The notes: generated from the sequence alone by a model not told the origin. Positions 9,128-19,631 are shown, numbered from the stretch's first letter. The stretch: 64,000 nt of DNA from Dehalococcoidia bacterium (GCA_045562555.1 JBJKVO010000016.1:48474-112473); one strand, 5' to 3'. Numbers and translations: made by a program.

Positions 9128-12100
9128 GTGGTAGAGGCCATGAAAGTTTTGGTTATAGGCTCAGGCCCTATAGTGATAGGTCAGGCAGCAGAATTTGATT
9201 ACGCGGGTACTCAAGCTTGTAAATCATTGATGGAGGAAGGGATTTACACGATTCTAGTTAATTCCAACCCAGCGACAATAATGACAGACGATGGTGTTGC
9301 GGACAGAGTATATGTAGAGCCTTTAAATACAGAAGTTCTTGAAAGAATTATCGACAGAGAACGCCCTGACGGTATATTGCCTACGCTAGGCGGTCAGACA
9401 GGTCTCAATTTGGCTGTTGAGTTACATGAAAAAGGTATTCTGGAGAAATATCAAGTGAAGCTCTTGGGTACTTCTCTAGATACGATCAAAAAATCCGAAG
9501 ACAGAGAGATGTTCAGCACATTCCTAAAAGATATAGGAGAACCTGAACCCCCGAATACTATTGTTAACTCTTTGGAAGATAGTGATAGAGCCTTGAAGTT
9601 GATTGGCTTACCGGTCGTAATTAGGCCTGCGTATACGTTAGGAGGGACTGGCGGGGGCATAGCTACAACAGAGGATGAGTTCTATGAAATAGTGGAAAGT
9701 GGTCTGAGTGCTAGCCCGATAAACCAAGTCTTGATAGAAAGATCTTTGGTCGGATGGAAAGAACTTGAGTATGAAGTGATTAGAGATGCGAATGACAACT
9801 GCATTACTATTTGCAATATGGAAAATCTAGATCCAATGGGAGCTCACACAGGCGACAGTATAGTTGTTGCTCCTAGCCAGACTTTGAGTGATAAAGATTA
9901 TCAAATGCTTAGAAGTGCCAGCTTGCGGATAATCCGTGGCCTAGGTATTGAGGGTGGATGTAATATTCAGATGGCCTTACGACCACATTCTGAGGTTGAA
10001 GCAAATTTAGGTTACGAGTGGCCTCATGATAGTGAATATTACGTGATTGAAGTGAACCCCAGGGTCAGTAGAAGTTCGGCTTTGGCTAGCAAAGCGACTG
10101 GATATCCTATCGCCCGGGTTTCTGCGAAAATAGCTATTGGCAAAACATTGGATGAGATAAGCAACAGAGTCACAGGAAAAACAGGAGCAGCTTTTGAACC
10201 TGCGCTTGACTACTGTGTTGTAAAAATTCCGAGATGGCCGTTTGATAAATTCCCTACCGGAGATCGACGGTTAACGACTCAGATGAAAGCTACTGGGGAA
10301 GTAATGGCTATCGATAGGTCGTTTGAAGGTGCCTTGCAGAAGGCTGTACGGTCATTGGAACTTGATGGTAGAGATATGTTCTGGATGGATCAAACATGGA
10401 TAGATGAGTATAAAAAGACCAAAGATATTAATGCTTTCCCGCTGTATCCTAATGATTTGAGGTTATGGGCGCTAATGGCCTGTGTTCAGGAAGGCTACTC
10501 TACTGCAGAAATCATCAAAGAATGCCATGTGGACCCATGGTTTATTGACTCTCTTCAAAAGATATCAGCATTCAGAGAACAAAGCAGACAAGCTGAACTT
10601 AATGGAGAATTAATCCTAAAAGGGAAGAGATTAGGCTTCAGTGATAAGCAACTGGCAGACGCAACGGGTACTTTTGACACAGAAATTAGAAACCTTAGGT
10701 ACGCTGAGAATATCAGGCCAGTATATAAAATGGTGGATACTTGTGCAGCAGAATTTGAAGCCGTCACGCCATACTATTACAGTACTTACGAAGATGAAAA
10801 CGAGGCAATTTCTTTGGAAGGCCCCAAGGCTGTTGTGATCGGAAGCGGACCAATCAGAATTGGTCAAGGAATAGAGTTTGATTATTGCAGTGTGCATGCC
10901 TCTAGATCTCTTACAGAAGCGGGTATTTCCAGCATAATGATTAACTCTAACCCAGAGACTGTCTCAACCGATTTTGATTCGAGTACACGACTATATTTTG
11001 AGCCTCTCGATGATGAGTCAGTTATGGATATCTTAGAAAATGAAAGAACAACCGAAGGATGTCCTCCTGTTGTAGTCCAGTTTGGGGGACAAACCGCGAT
11101 AAATCTATCCCAATCCTTAGATACTAATGGTTACCAGATTTTGGGATCTACTGCAGAGGCTATTGATATTGCATCAGATCGTGACAAATTCGAGTTGTTT
11201 CTGTCTAATTTGGATATACCCAAACCTCCAGGATCTGCGGTAAATTCGATCAGCGACGCCCTTAAAGTGGCCAAAGATGTAGGATTCCCTGTAGTTGTAC
11301 GACCAAGCTACGTGTTGGGTGGGCGAGCAATGGAAGTTGTTAATACAGAGGGGGAACTACGGCAGTATCTGGCAATAGCATCTGAGGTGAGTCCGGATAA
11401 AAAAGTTCTCATAGATAGGTACGTTGAAGGAAAAGAGTGCGAAGTAGACGCAATATGTGATGGTCAAACCGTGTTGATCCCAGGAGTTATGGAGCATATT
11501 GAAAGAGCAGGGGTTCACAGTGGGGATTCAATGGCTATTTATCCTGGATTGAACCTCACGGAAAATGAAGTTGATACGATCGTTGAATATACTACTAAAA
11601 TAGGATTGGCGCTGGGCGTCAAAGGTCTTATGAATATTCAGTTTGTTATAAGTGGTGGAGCTTCTTACAGGAGTCCGGGCACGGACTTTGGTCCGGTTAA
11701 CGATACCGAAGTGTCCGTGATTGAAGTCAATCCTCGGGCAAGCCGTACCATACCATTTATATCTAAAGTGACCGGTCTTCAAGCCGCGAAAGTTGCTACC
11801 AAAGTTATGACTGGAATAAGTATTGCAGAACAAGGATACAAAGGAGGGCTTTGGCCAAAATCTAAGGTAATTGGGATAAAAGCACCTGTATTCTCAATGT
11901 CGAAATTGGTCGGAGTTGACACGTATTTAAGCCCAGAAATGAAGTCTACAGGAGAGGTTATGGGTATCGATAACAATTTCGAATCGGCCCTTACTAAAAC
12001 TCTACTCGCAGCGAATCTGAATATTCCTAAAAAGTCAGGAATACTGTTAAGCTTATCTGATTCAGACAAGTTAGAATGCACCAATTTGGTCAAAACTTTG

Positions 12101-12439
12101 TCCGATTGTGGCTGTGAGTTGTTCGCAACAGAGGGTACTGCTGAAATGATAGAAAATTCAGGGATACCTGTAACTATGATCACAAAAAAGTTGGGTGAAG
12201 GACACCCTAACGTTGTAGATGTTATTAATGATGGGTATGTGCAGGCTGTGATAAACACCGTCTCGGAATCCAGTAGAGTAATTAGAGATGGATTTTACAT
12301 CAGACGGGCTGCAGTTGAAAAACGAATTCCTTGCTTCACTTCTATTGATACGGCAATGGCTGCGGTAGAAAGCATGTCTGATAATTTAGGTCAATATCAG
12401 GTAAAAACTACAGTGGAATACATTCAATCTACCAGTTAA
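9128..12439 (+). CDS. carB: Carbamoyl-phosphate synthase large subunit
   Basis: 1103 aa with a duplicated ATP-grasp architecture (VLVIGSGPIVIGQAAEFDYAGTQA and VVIGSGPIRIGQGIEFDYC; VNPRVSRSSALASKATG and VNPRASRT) and a C-terminal MGS-like domain. GTG start after AGGGAG; an alternative ATG lies at 9140. Confidence 0.97.
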   Translation: MVEAMKVLVIGSGPIVIGQAAEFDYAGTQACKSLMEEGIYTILVNSNPATIMTDDGVADRVYVEPLNTEVLERIIDRERPDGILPTLGGQTGLNLAVELHEKGILEKYQVKLLGTSLDTIKKSEDREMFSTFLKDIGEPEPPNTIVNSLEDSDRALKLIGLPVVIRPAYTLGGTGGGIATTEDEFYEIVESGLSASPINQVLIERSLVGWKELEYEVIRDANDNCITICNMENLDPMGAHTGDSIVVAPSQTLSDKDYQMLRSASLRIIRGLGIEGGCNIQMALRPHSEVEANLGYEWPHDSEYYVIEVNPRVSRSSALASKATGYPIARVSAKIAIGKTLDEISNRVTGKTGAAFEPALDYCVVKIPRWPFDKFPTGDRRLTTQMKATGEVMAIDRSFEGALQKAVRSLELDGRDMFWMDQTWIDEYKKTKDINAFPLYPNDLRLWALMACVQEGYSTAEIIKECHVDPWFIDSLQKISAFREQSRQAELNGELILKGKRLGFSDKQLADATGTFDTEIRNLRYAENIRPVYKMVDTCAAEFEAVTPYYYSTYEDENEAISLEGPKAVVIGSGPIRIGQGIEFDYCSVHASRSLTEAGISSIMINSNPETVSTDFDSSTRLYFEPLDDESVMDILENERTTEGCPPVVVQFGGQTAINLSQSLDTNGYQILGSTAEAIDIASDRDKFELFLSNLDIPKPPGSAVNSISDALKVAKDVGFPVVVRPSYVLGGRAMEVVNTEGELRQYLAIASEVSPDKKVLIDRYVEGKECEVDAICDGQTVLIPGVMEHIERAGVHSGDSMAIYPGLNLTENEVDTIVEYTTKIGLALGVKGLMNIQFVISGGASYRSPGTDFGPVNDTEVSVIEVNPRASRTIPFISKVTGLQAAKVATKVMTGISIAEQGYKGGLWPKSKVIGIKAPVFSMSKLVGVDTYLSPEMKSTGEVMGIDNNFESALTKTLLAANLNIPKKSGILLSLSDSDKLECTNLVKTLSDCGCELFATEGTAEMIENSGIPVTMITKKLGEGHPNVVDVINDGYVQAVINTVSESSRVIRDGFYIRRAAVEKRIPCFTSIDTAMAAVESMSDNLGQYQVKTTVEYIQSTS

Positions 12440-13385
12440 GGTTTGTGCCTACGTTTCCTTCTAGGGCTTTATCGTATGCTAATTTAGCAGCGGCTACGTC
12501 TGCTACACCTGTGCCCATCACTTTTGCGAGAACGACTTCAGAAGAGGATTCTCTGCCTTGAATGTTGCCCGCAACAATGTGTCTTAACTCTATTAATTGA
12601 CTTACCTGCAAGGATCCTCGGTCCTGGGCCTCGCTTAAGTCTCCCGATTCTATATTTACCTGTTCAATAGAATCTACGACGAATTTGTCACAGCGCTGTA
12701 TGGTTAGATCATCTAGTTCTCTCGCCCTCCAGCTGGTGGGCCCTGCTGCTATTATAGTCGAGCCAGGTTGTATACTCTCACCTTTGATTATGGGGGTCAT
12801 GGTAGCTGCAATACATACAATTATATCGCTAGATGAAACCAATTCCTCAGCTGTAGATACGGCTTTTGAGGATATGCCTAGGTCAGCATCTACGGTTGAA
12901 GCTAGTCTGGTCCTATTTTCTGGTGTCTTACTATAAACTAATACTTCTTTGGGGGTGGTAACCAAGGATAAGGCTTCAATTTGGGTAAATGATTGGTTAC
13001 CTGATCCGATAATTCCTATTGTGGGAGTCTTTTGGGGATTTGCAAGATATTTTGCAGCGATTGCTGTAGTAGCTCCCGTCCTTAATTGTCCTAATCGATT
13101 TGCTTGGGTGTAACAGAGTAACTCTCCTGTATTGGTGTCATACAAACTAACCTGAAATGAGTATTTACCATTAAATACAGTATAAGTTTTGACTCCCATA
13201 ACGTCATCATAAAATAATGCGCCTCCCATAACCGCCAACATTCCGCGGTCACTAATAATTTTCCTTCTTGGTAAATTACCGGCGTTGCCTTTGCCAAATT
13301 GCTTTTGCATAGATTCTATGGAGGTCAGCATATCTTCGGGATTTACTAAAGTTCTTACTTCTTGGTCGCTTAATATAATTGCCAA
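12429..13385 (-). CDS. Ornithine cyclodeaminase / mu-crystallin family protein
   Basis: 318 aa with the Rossmann segment IGIIGSGNQS and family-typical LRTGATTAIAAKYLA. TTG start. Its 3' end overlaps the carB 3' end by 11 nt (convergent). Confidence 0.8.
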   Translation of the reverse strand: MAIILSDQEVRTLVNPEDMLTSIESMQKQFGKGNAGNLPRRKIISDRGMLAVMGGALFYDDVMGVKTYTVFNGKYSFQVSLYDTNTGELLCYTQANRLGQLRTGATTAIAAKYLANPQKTPTIGIIGSGNQSFTQIEALSLVTTPKEVLVYSKTPENRTRLASTVDADLGISSKAVSTAEELVSSSDIIVCIAATMTPIIKGESIQPGSTIIAAGPTSWRARELDDLTIQRCDKFVVDSIEQVNIESGDLSEAQDRGSLQVSQLIELRHIVAGNIQGRESSSEVVLAKVMGTGVADVAAAKLAYDKALEGNVGTNLNW

Positions 13386-13387
13386 TG

Positions 13388-14908
13388 TTAGGTCTCCTGT
13401 TTCTTTTGTGTGTTGCCTTTATATTGAAACATAGCCACCAAACTTCCTGCTAACATTATCCATACCACTGTCAAAGCGGAATTTCGAAAGCCTTGGATGT
13501 AGGATCGTTGAAGTTCAATAATCGAGACTGCGTCAGCTACAATGGGGACGGACAGGCCAACTATAGCGGCTGCGGTTATGGTACCCACTGTATGGCCCAT
13601 CTGCCTAGTTGTTTCTAGCATGCCAGATGCGAAACTACGATCTTGAGGCAGAGTATTCATTACCAGTGCATTATTCGGGGAGTTGAATAGTGCAGATCCA
13701 ATTGAAGCCGGGAATAATAAAACTGGTAGGATATATATCGGTATTTGGTGTGCGAACAGCCCTAAAAGACCAATTCCTATTGCGATTAACAGCAAGGACA
13801 TTGGTCGTAGCCATTTAGGTTGATATCTGTCATAAATCCAGCCAGCGATTATTGGCAGGAATAGTCCCATGGATTGATGAGGGAGTAACACCATCATGGT
13901 TACGCTGGGAGTGTAACCTAATCCTACTTCAATGATTATTGGCATTAATGTTAAGACTGAGAGCATAGATAAGTGGAACGTGGTATTACTAAAAAGGGCC
14001 ATCGAAAAATATGTTTGCTTAAAATACCCAAAGTTAAGGAATGGTTGTTTGGAGACAATTTGGATAACAAAGAAAACCAGGAATAACACTAAGAATATTA
14101 CTAGCATAGATGGATGGTAAATTAAGGCAGCCTCAGTCACGAAAGAGTCAGGACCTGAATCCCACAAAGTATGGAGATGGATGCCCATGAGTATAAATGC
14201 TAATAAGGAGCAAATCATTAAAGAAGGTCCGATTAAACCTAGAGGCTGGGATTCCTCAGAATCTGCTTGTTTAACTAGCGAAAACTTAAACAATGGCCAT
14301 GTCAGCCATAATGCAAAAATACCTATGGGTACAGAAGTTAGGAAGACAACTCTCCATCCAAATGCTGGATGCATATATTCTAATAATAGGCCAAAGATAA
14401 CCAATCCCATCATAGTCCCCATTCTTGCGGACGTGATCGGAATTGCAAATGCCCTGCCACGTTCTGTGTCTCTGAACCCAAGCACTAATAAAGAGTTTAG
14501 ATTAGCGCTGATTAACGCTCCGCCGAATCCCACTCCTGCACTCCATAGGAGCAACTGAAGATAGTATTGAGAGGTTGCGGCCAGTGCGCTAGACAAGGTT
14601 AATACTATGAGACCTATGAAGAAAACTTTGAGAGTTCCGTACCGTTGACCTAATCTGGCTGCTAAAAATACAGTACTGCCTAAAATAAGTAGCCGGATAA
14701 CTACCATCCAGGCTCCTTGAGTGTAGGATATGTCAAAGTGGCGAGCAACCGAAGGTACAGCTATAGTGATTGGTAATTGAGACAACTGCATTAGTAGTTG
14801 AGCAACAGAAAGACACAGTAATATACGTCTTCGTTCAGGGGTGGATCCTAATTCTTTGAATGCTCCGACTATGTTAAGCCGATGGGCTATGGTTCTTAAA
14901 ATATCCAA
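13388..14908 (-). CDS. MFS transporter (14-TM, DHA2-like)
   Basis: 506 aa with about 14 hydrophobic helices. TTG start. The stop lies 2 nt before the downstream gene. Confidence 0.75.
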   Translation of the reverse strand: MDILRTIAHRLNIVGAFKELGSTPERRRILLCLSVAQLLMQLSQLPITIAVPSVARHFDISYTQGAWMVVIRLLILGSTVFLAARLGQRYGTLKVFFIGLIVLTLSSALAATSQYYLQLLLWSAGVGFGGALISANLNSLLVLGFRDTERGRAFAIPITSARMGTMMGLVIFGLLLEYMHPAFGWRVVFLTSVPIGIFALWLTWPLFKFSLVKQADSEESQPLGLIGPSLMICSLLAFILMGIHLHTLWDSGPDSFVTEAALIYHPSMLVIFLVLFLVFFVIQIVSKQPFLNFGYFKQTYFSMALFSNTTFHLSMLSVLTLMPIIIEVGLGYTPSVTMMVLLPHQSMGLFLPIIAGWIYDRYQPKWLRPMSLLLIAIGIGLLGLFAHQIPIYILPVLLFPASIGSALFNSPNNALVMNTLPQDRSFASGMLETTRQMGHTVGTITAAAIVGLSVPIVADAVSIIELQRSYIQGFRNSALTVVWIMLAGSLVAMFQYKGNTQKKQET

Positions 14909-14940
14909 AAATAATTCCTATAGTTTAGAGACAAAACCTG

Positions 14941-15183
14941 TTATTTCTCAAAAAATACTCGATTGATCGCTATGTACTGGTCATATTTAGCTGGTAAGTT
15001 GAAGTGATCGAATATAGCCTGCACTGGACATACAGTCTCACAATAAGCACAGTCTATACAATTGGGAGCATCTATATAGTATTGCTCAGCTTCGTCGTCA
15101 GTATGGATGCAGTCAACTGGGCACACATCTACGCAGCTTGCATCTTTTACGCCTATACATGGTTCGGTTATTACGAATCCCAT
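14941..15183 (-). CDS. Ferredoxin (7Fe-type, [3Fe-4S][4Fe-4S])
   Basis: MGFVITEPCIGVKDASCVDVCPVDCIH plus CIDCAYCETVCP cluster motifs. I prefer the ATG at 15183 over the track's GTG at 15204, because the family starts about 6 residues before EPC. Confidence 0.85.
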   Translation of the reverse strand: MGFVITEPCIGVKDASCVDVCPVDCIHTDDEAEQYYIDAPNCIDCAYCETVCPVQAIFDHFNLPAKYDQYIAINRVFFEK

Positions 15184-15351
15184 ACAACAAATTCCCGTTG
15201 ACACTGTTAGTTATTTAAGGTAGTATCATGTTTCTTGATAATTTCTATAGCAAATATGCATAAATCATGATAATGTCTGATTATTCTCGCTAATATGGCA
15301 ATCTTTGTCAATAGAAATTGTAGTTAAAAATTCGTCCAAGAAAGGTAAAGT

Positions 15352-16266
15352 ATGGAACTGAGGGAAATTATAAGTTTTTATCATGTTGCTCGACTTAAGA
15401 GCGTTTCCAAGGCTGCTAAAAGATTGGAACTTGGCCAGCCTACGGTCACTACTCATTTGAAAAAATTAGAAGAAGAGTTTGACTTGGTGTTATTTGATAG
15501 GATCAAGAGGCCCATTCAATTGACTTCTGAAGGTGGGTCATTTTTAGAACTGGTGACACCAGTCGTAGAATCTATTGATAATTTGAAGAGTTCTATGAAT
15601 TACTCCGAAGGAAGAGGGTCATTCATAGTTGGAGGATACTCTGACTTGGTTTTGCATCACCTCCCCGATTCTGTTCAAGAGTTTAGTGGTCTGTATCCAC
15701 ACGTGCGAATCCAACTTATTCCCGGTCCATATTTTGCTCTGATGGGTCAGCTCAAATCAGGCGAGATCGATATAGCATTGTGTTCATCACCGGTGGTGGA
15801 AGATGGGGCGTTGGATTTTGTTCCCTTGTTCGAATACGACATTCTGCTGCTCACACCACCTGATCACCCGTTGACCTCTACATCATTTCCAGGGCTTTCT
15901 GAAGTTGCAAAATATCCTTTGATATTGAATAGTCCTCACAGTTATAACCGTCAAGTGCTTGATCAAGCTTTTAGAGACCAAGGAGTCACTTACGAATCAG
16001 TCCTAGAAATGGATAACACGGAACTTATCAAAAGATATGTGGAGACCGGTATTGGCGTGGCTCTGTGTCCAGGATATGCTCTGCATCCCGAAGATTATTC
16101 TCATTTAGGAGTAGTAACTATGCCGCACGTCGTCCCTACTGGGTCCATTGGATTATGTACCCTTAAAGGTAAATTTTTAGGCCCCGCTGTCACTAATTTT
16201 ATGAATATTGTAATCAAGCATTTAGAAAATTCTAAACTTCCAGCCTCTAAGATCCTGGATCGGTAA
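15352..16266 (+). CDS. LysR-family transcriptional regulator
   Basis: N-terminal wHTH (FYHVARLKSVSKAAKRLELGQPTVTTHLKKLEEEF) followed by a periplasmic-binding-protein-like effector domain. 304 aa. Confidence 0.9.
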   Translation: MELREIISFYHVARLKSVSKAAKRLELGQPTVTTHLKKLEEEFDLVLFDRIKRPIQLTSEGGSFLELVTPVVESIDNLKSSMNYSEGRGSFIVGGYSDLVLHHLPDSVQEFSGLYPHVRIQLIPGPYFALMGQLKSGEIDIALCSSPVVEDGALDFVPLFEYDILLLTPPDHPLTSTSFPGLSEVAKYPLILNSPHSYNRQVLDQAFRDQGVTYESVLEMDNTELIKRYVETGIGVALCPGYALHPEDYSHLGVVTMPHVVPTGSIGLCTLKGKFLGPAVTNFMNIVIKHLENSKLPASKILDR

Positions 16267-16267
16267 G

Positions 16268-17086
16268 CTAAGCGTTATCTTCGACCACTTTATTAATCTG
16301 CTGTCTTAAAGCTTTTGCTGCAGCCCCTGCAGTAGCTCCGAAAGAGGAAGGGTTTGAGTCAGAGTAGATAATTCCCCTAGAGGAATTAATTAGAAACGCG
16401 CTTCCAGAGGCTATGTGAGGTGAGACAGCTTCTTCTAGGTCTCCTCCCTGAGCTCCGACTCCAGGGATGAGAAAAGGCAATCCTATACATTGTTTTCTTA
16501 TGTTCTCCATTTGCTCGGGGAAAGTGGCTCCAACAACCAAGCCAATATTATTATTTTCGTTTAGCGCTATAGCTATATCAACTACCCGTTCATACAAAGG
16601 TTTCCCTCCATCTTGGACAGCGACGTCCTGTAAATCGCCTGATCCTGGATTAGAACCTTTAGCCCATACAAACACTCCTTTGGATGGATCCGATAAATAA
16701 GGAGCAATGGTCTCCGAGCCCCCCCATGGATTGACTGTTATTGCGTCGAACCCCCAAGATTCGAATAGCGCCCTCGCATAAGCTTCAGCAGATGGGCCAA
16801 TATCCCCCCTTTTTGCATCCCCAATTATAATTGTATTCGGAGCGTAATCTTTTATGTGTTTGATGGTATCTTCCAAAATATGGAATCCCTTCAGTCCTAG
16901 AGCCTCGTAGAACGCGAGGTTAGGCTTGAAGGCGGCAGTCATTTCGTGAGTATGATCGATGATAACCTGATTGAATTGTAAAAGATCTTTAATGGGAACA
17001 CGGGCAGGATCTAGATCCAGTCCTACACATACATTGCTGTTCTTGCTATTGATTACATTGTTTAAAAGGCTGTTAAAATTATCCAT
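16268..17086 (-). CDS. pyrF: Orotidine 5'-phosphate decarboxylase (type 2)
   Basis: VCVGLDLDP, GDAKRGDIGPSAEAY and LIPGVGAQGG motifs. The track ORF extends to 17221. The ATG at 17086 (MDNFNSLL...) gives the family-typical N-terminus and removes the overlap with the divergent gene. Confidence 0.88.
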   Translation of the reverse strand: MDNFNSLLNNVINSKNSNVCVGLDLDPARVPIKDLLQFNQVIIDHTHEMTAAFKPNLAFYEALGLKGFHILEDTIKHIKDYAPNTIIIGDAKRGDIGPSAEAYARALFESWGFDAITVNPWGGSETIAPYLSDPSKGVFVWAKGSNPGSGDLQDVAVQDGGKPLYERVVDIAIALNENNNIGLVVGATFPEQMENIRKQCIGLPFLIPGVGAQGGDLEEAVSPHIASGSAFLINSSRGIIYSDSNPSSFGATAGAAAKALRQQINKVVEDNA

Positions 17087-17136
17087 TAGATACGAAGACC
17101 CCCCGATATGTTGTAAGTATACATTAGGATTCAACG

Positions 17137-17805
17137 ATGACTGCAAGAGCAAAATTACATCAAATGTTTGAGATATTGAACGTGTCATATGACGCGTCTG
17201 ACTGGTGGCAAGAGGAATCACCCTTAGAAGTTATATGTGGTGCAATTCTGGTTCAAAATACCACATGGGGGAATGCGTACACTGCACTGACTCAACTTAT
17301 AAAATCTGAAAAACTGTGTATTAACCAAATTAACGAAATGGAAATCGTGGAATTGGAACAATTAATCCGTTCGTCTGGAACTTACAAGGCCAAGGCTCTA
17401 GCATTGAAAGGGTTAGCAGAGTTGGTTGTAACTACAGATGAGGGCACACTAGATGCTTTTTTAAAAATTAAAACCAGCGATCTTAAAACAGCTCTGATTA
17501 GTGTTAAAGGAATAGGAGATGAAACTGCGGATGACATAATACTGTACGCAGCAAGACGGCCAGTATTTGTTATAGATAAATTCACTAAAAGAATATTAAG
17601 TCGATACGGACTAACTCCAACAAGAAATTCCTATCGATCTTGGCAAGAATTCTTACATCGTAATATTGAAGAAGACACTTTGAAATTTCAGAGTTTTCAT
17701 GCTTTTCTTGTTATGCTAGCTCAACAGTCTTGCAAAACTAAGCCTCAATGCTCTACTTGTGTCCTAAAAGAGAGATGTTTCACAGGATGTAAAGTTCTTT
17801 TATAA
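17137..17805 (+). CDS. HhH-GPD superfamily (endonuclease III-like) base-excision repair protein
   Basis: Helix-hairpin-helix segment SVKGIGDETADDIILYA. C-terminal Cys cluster CKTKPQCSTCVLKERC. Confidence 0.75.
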   Translation: MTARAKLHQMFEILNVSYDASDWWQEESPLEVICGAILVQNTTWGNAYTALTQLIKSEKLCINQINEMEIVELEQLIRSSGTYKAKALALKGLAELVVTTDEGTLDAFLKIKTSDLKTALISVKGIGDETADDIILYAARRPVFVIDKFTKRILSRYGLTPTRNSYRSWQEFLHRNIEEDTLKFQSFHAFLVMLAQQSCKTKPQCSTCVLKERCFTGCKVLL

Positions 17806-17875
17806 ATTTGTGGTTTTTTAAAATTCCCGGTGTATACTCAGGTGATACAACAAATAAACAGTAAAGGATAATACA

Positions 17876-18181
17876 ATGATTTTCATGTGCACATACCAAA
17901 TCGACCGAGAGAAGCAAGCGGATTGCCAAGCATTTTTTGCGACTATGACTGACGAGCAAATCGCCGGCGAATACCCGGATGGGGTCAAACAAGTAGGACG
18001 CTGGCACGACTTACCAAATGGTACAGGCGTGGTAATAGTGGAAACCGACGACCAAGAAGCGTTAAGTATGTGGATAATGGGTTGGTCAGGGTTTGCTACT
18101 TTCCCGATTGTAACACCGGTTGTGGACGACACTGACGGGCGAAAAATTGTTAGTGCAATGCTAGCAGCTCAACAGGGATAG
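17876..18181 (+). CDS. Small conserved protein (DUF3303-like by recollection)
   Basis: 101-aa ORF whose pattern ...VGRWHDLPNGTGVVIVETDDQEALSMWIMGWS resembles that family. Preceded by a TGTATACT extended -10-like element. Confidence 0.5.
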   Translation: MIFMCTYQIDREKQADCQAFFATMTDEQIAGEYPDGVKQVGRWHDLPNGTGVVIVETDDQEALSMWIMGWSGFATFPIVTPVVDDTDGRKIVSAMLAAQQG

Positions 18182-18390
18182 TTCTATGTTCCCGGGCTCT
18201 GAGTGCCCTAATAGTTTGTTGTTTTAAGCTCACGACGAGACTTTAAAAAGTTATAGTGCAACAAGAATACGTTACTGCAAGCAAAAAGACTGTAGGAATT
18301 GATGGAATTGTTGCTCTCTCCAGGTGTATACTTTCTTACAATATTAAAATTATATTGGTATCAAAGATTAAATATAGGAGTGAAAGAGAC

Positions 18391-19539
18391 ATGAGTGTAT
18401 CAAGAAAACTACTAGGGTTAGTTGCCTTAACCCTTCTGACACTGTCTGTTATGGGCTGTATAGGCGGTAGTGAGACAGTTAAAATAGGCATGCTGAGCCC
18501 TCAAACTGGTCCCATAGCTCAATATGCACCTGGCTTTGAGGATGCCGCGAAAATAGCGATATCTGATTTAAATGCTGCCCATGAAGGTGACTTTGAGTTC
18601 GAGTTAATCATGATGGATACAGGTTGCGACGGCACACAGTCTGCTACTTCCGCTCAAACGCTGATTGACAGTGGTGTCTCTGCGATTGTGGGAGCGGCTT
18701 GCTCTGGAGCAACGTTAGGCGCGATTGCTGTCACGGCTCCAGCGGGTGTTCCTATGGTGTCATACGCGAGTACTTCACCTGCTGTAACCACTGCTGATGA
18801 TAACGGACATCTTTTTAGAGTAGTCCCAAGTGATGCTCAACAAGCTGTTGCATTGACTACAGTTGCATCAGCTGCAGGGGTGTCAAATCCTGCAGTGTTA
18901 TACATGACAAATGATTACGGTTCTGGATTGGGAGACAATTTTTCAGCCAATTGGTCAGGTGAAGTTTGCACCTCAGTTGGCTATGATCCAGCAGAAGGAA
19001 AATACAACGCTACTACTCTCGCACAATCTGTTATTGACGGAGGGTGTGATTCAGTTTTGTTAATGTCCTACGCTACAGATGGTGCTGCGATTATGGAAGC
19101 CTTATCTGCTCAAGGATTCGGGGGCCATGTGATTGGAGCTGATGGTGTTGCGGATGCAACATTCACCGAGTCTTTTACAGATGTATCGGCAGTTGATGGG
19201 TTGATTGCTACCCGACCTCGACCTGGTGCAGATTCAAGCGCCAAAAGTGACTTTGATGCGGCGTATGTTGCTGCTGGTGGCGCGGATGGAGCTATTTACA
19301 CGGGAGAGACTTATGATGCCGTGTCAATAGTAGGCGCCGCTATAGTCTCTAAAGGAGACGGTAGTATCATCGATGCCTTGAAATCGGTTGGCGTGAATTA
19401 TGTTGGTGCTAGTGGCACTCACACCTTCGATGCTGCAGGCGATGTTTTGGGCACCGGGTACGAAGTTTGCGAGTTCTCTGGAAGTGATTTCTCATGCTCT
19501 AGGACTTGGACTGCGGACGAAGGTTTGTCTGGAAACTAA
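18391..19539 (+). CDS. ABC transporter substrate-binding lipoprotein, branched-chain amino acid (LivK/type-I PBP) family
   Basis: The ATG at 18391 follows AGGAG. Signal peptide with lipobox LSVMGC. KIGMLSPQTGP and VGAACSGA are typical of Leu/Ile/Val-binding proteins. Adjacent to liv-type permease and ATPase genes. Confidence 0.82.
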   Translation: MSVSRKLLGLVALTLLTLSVMGCIGGSETVKIGMLSPQTGPIAQYAPGFEDAAKIAISDLNAAHEGDFEFELIMMDTGCDGTQSATSAQTLIDSGVSAIVGAACSGATLGAIAVTAPAGVPMVSYASTSPAVTTADDNGHLFRVVPSDAQQAVALTTVASAAGVSNPAVLYMTNDYGSGLGDNFSANWSGEVCTSVGYDPAEGKYNATTLAQSVIDGGCDSVLLMSYATDGAAIMEALSAQGFGGHVIGADGVADATFTESFTDVSAVDGLIATRPRPGADSSAKSDFDAAYVAAGGADGAIYTGETYDAVSIVGAAIVSKGDGSIIDALKSVGVNYVGASGTHTFDAAGDVLGTGYEVCEFSGSDFSCSRTWTADEGLSGN

Positions 19540-19580
19540 CTCAAAACGGTAAAGTTTAAATACACTTAACCATTGTTAAT

Positions 19581-19620
19581 AAACGACCTGCACCTTTCTA
19601 ATAAGTGTGCAGGTCGTTTT
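19581..19620 (+). terminator. Intrinsic terminator between the binding-protein gene and the permease gene
   Basis: AAACGACCTGCAC (19581-19593) pairs perfectly with GTGCAGGTCGTTT (19607-19619), a 13-bp stem, followed by a short T run. Confidence 0.7.
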
Positions 19621-19631
19621 GATATAAACCA

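Noticed and set aside
11779-12258. A 159-aa minus-strand ORF, along with other antisense ORFs inside carB (9451-9660, 10555-10897, 11528-11833).
   Set aside because: carB is unambiguous on the plus strand. The antisense translations have no motifs and are typical shadow ORFs.
15280-15294. ATTA-N7-TAAT dyad between the ferredoxin and LysR genes, considered as a LysR T-N11-A box.
   Set aside because: The motif is generic and easily arises by chance in AT-rich intergenic DNA. There is no second site or other supporting evidence.
17087-17221. A 45-codon N-terminal extension of pyrF in the track ORF.
   Set aside because: The extension overlaps the divergent HhH-GPD gene start and has no counterpart in OMP decarboxylases. 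The internal ATG at 17086 gives the family-typical N-terminus.
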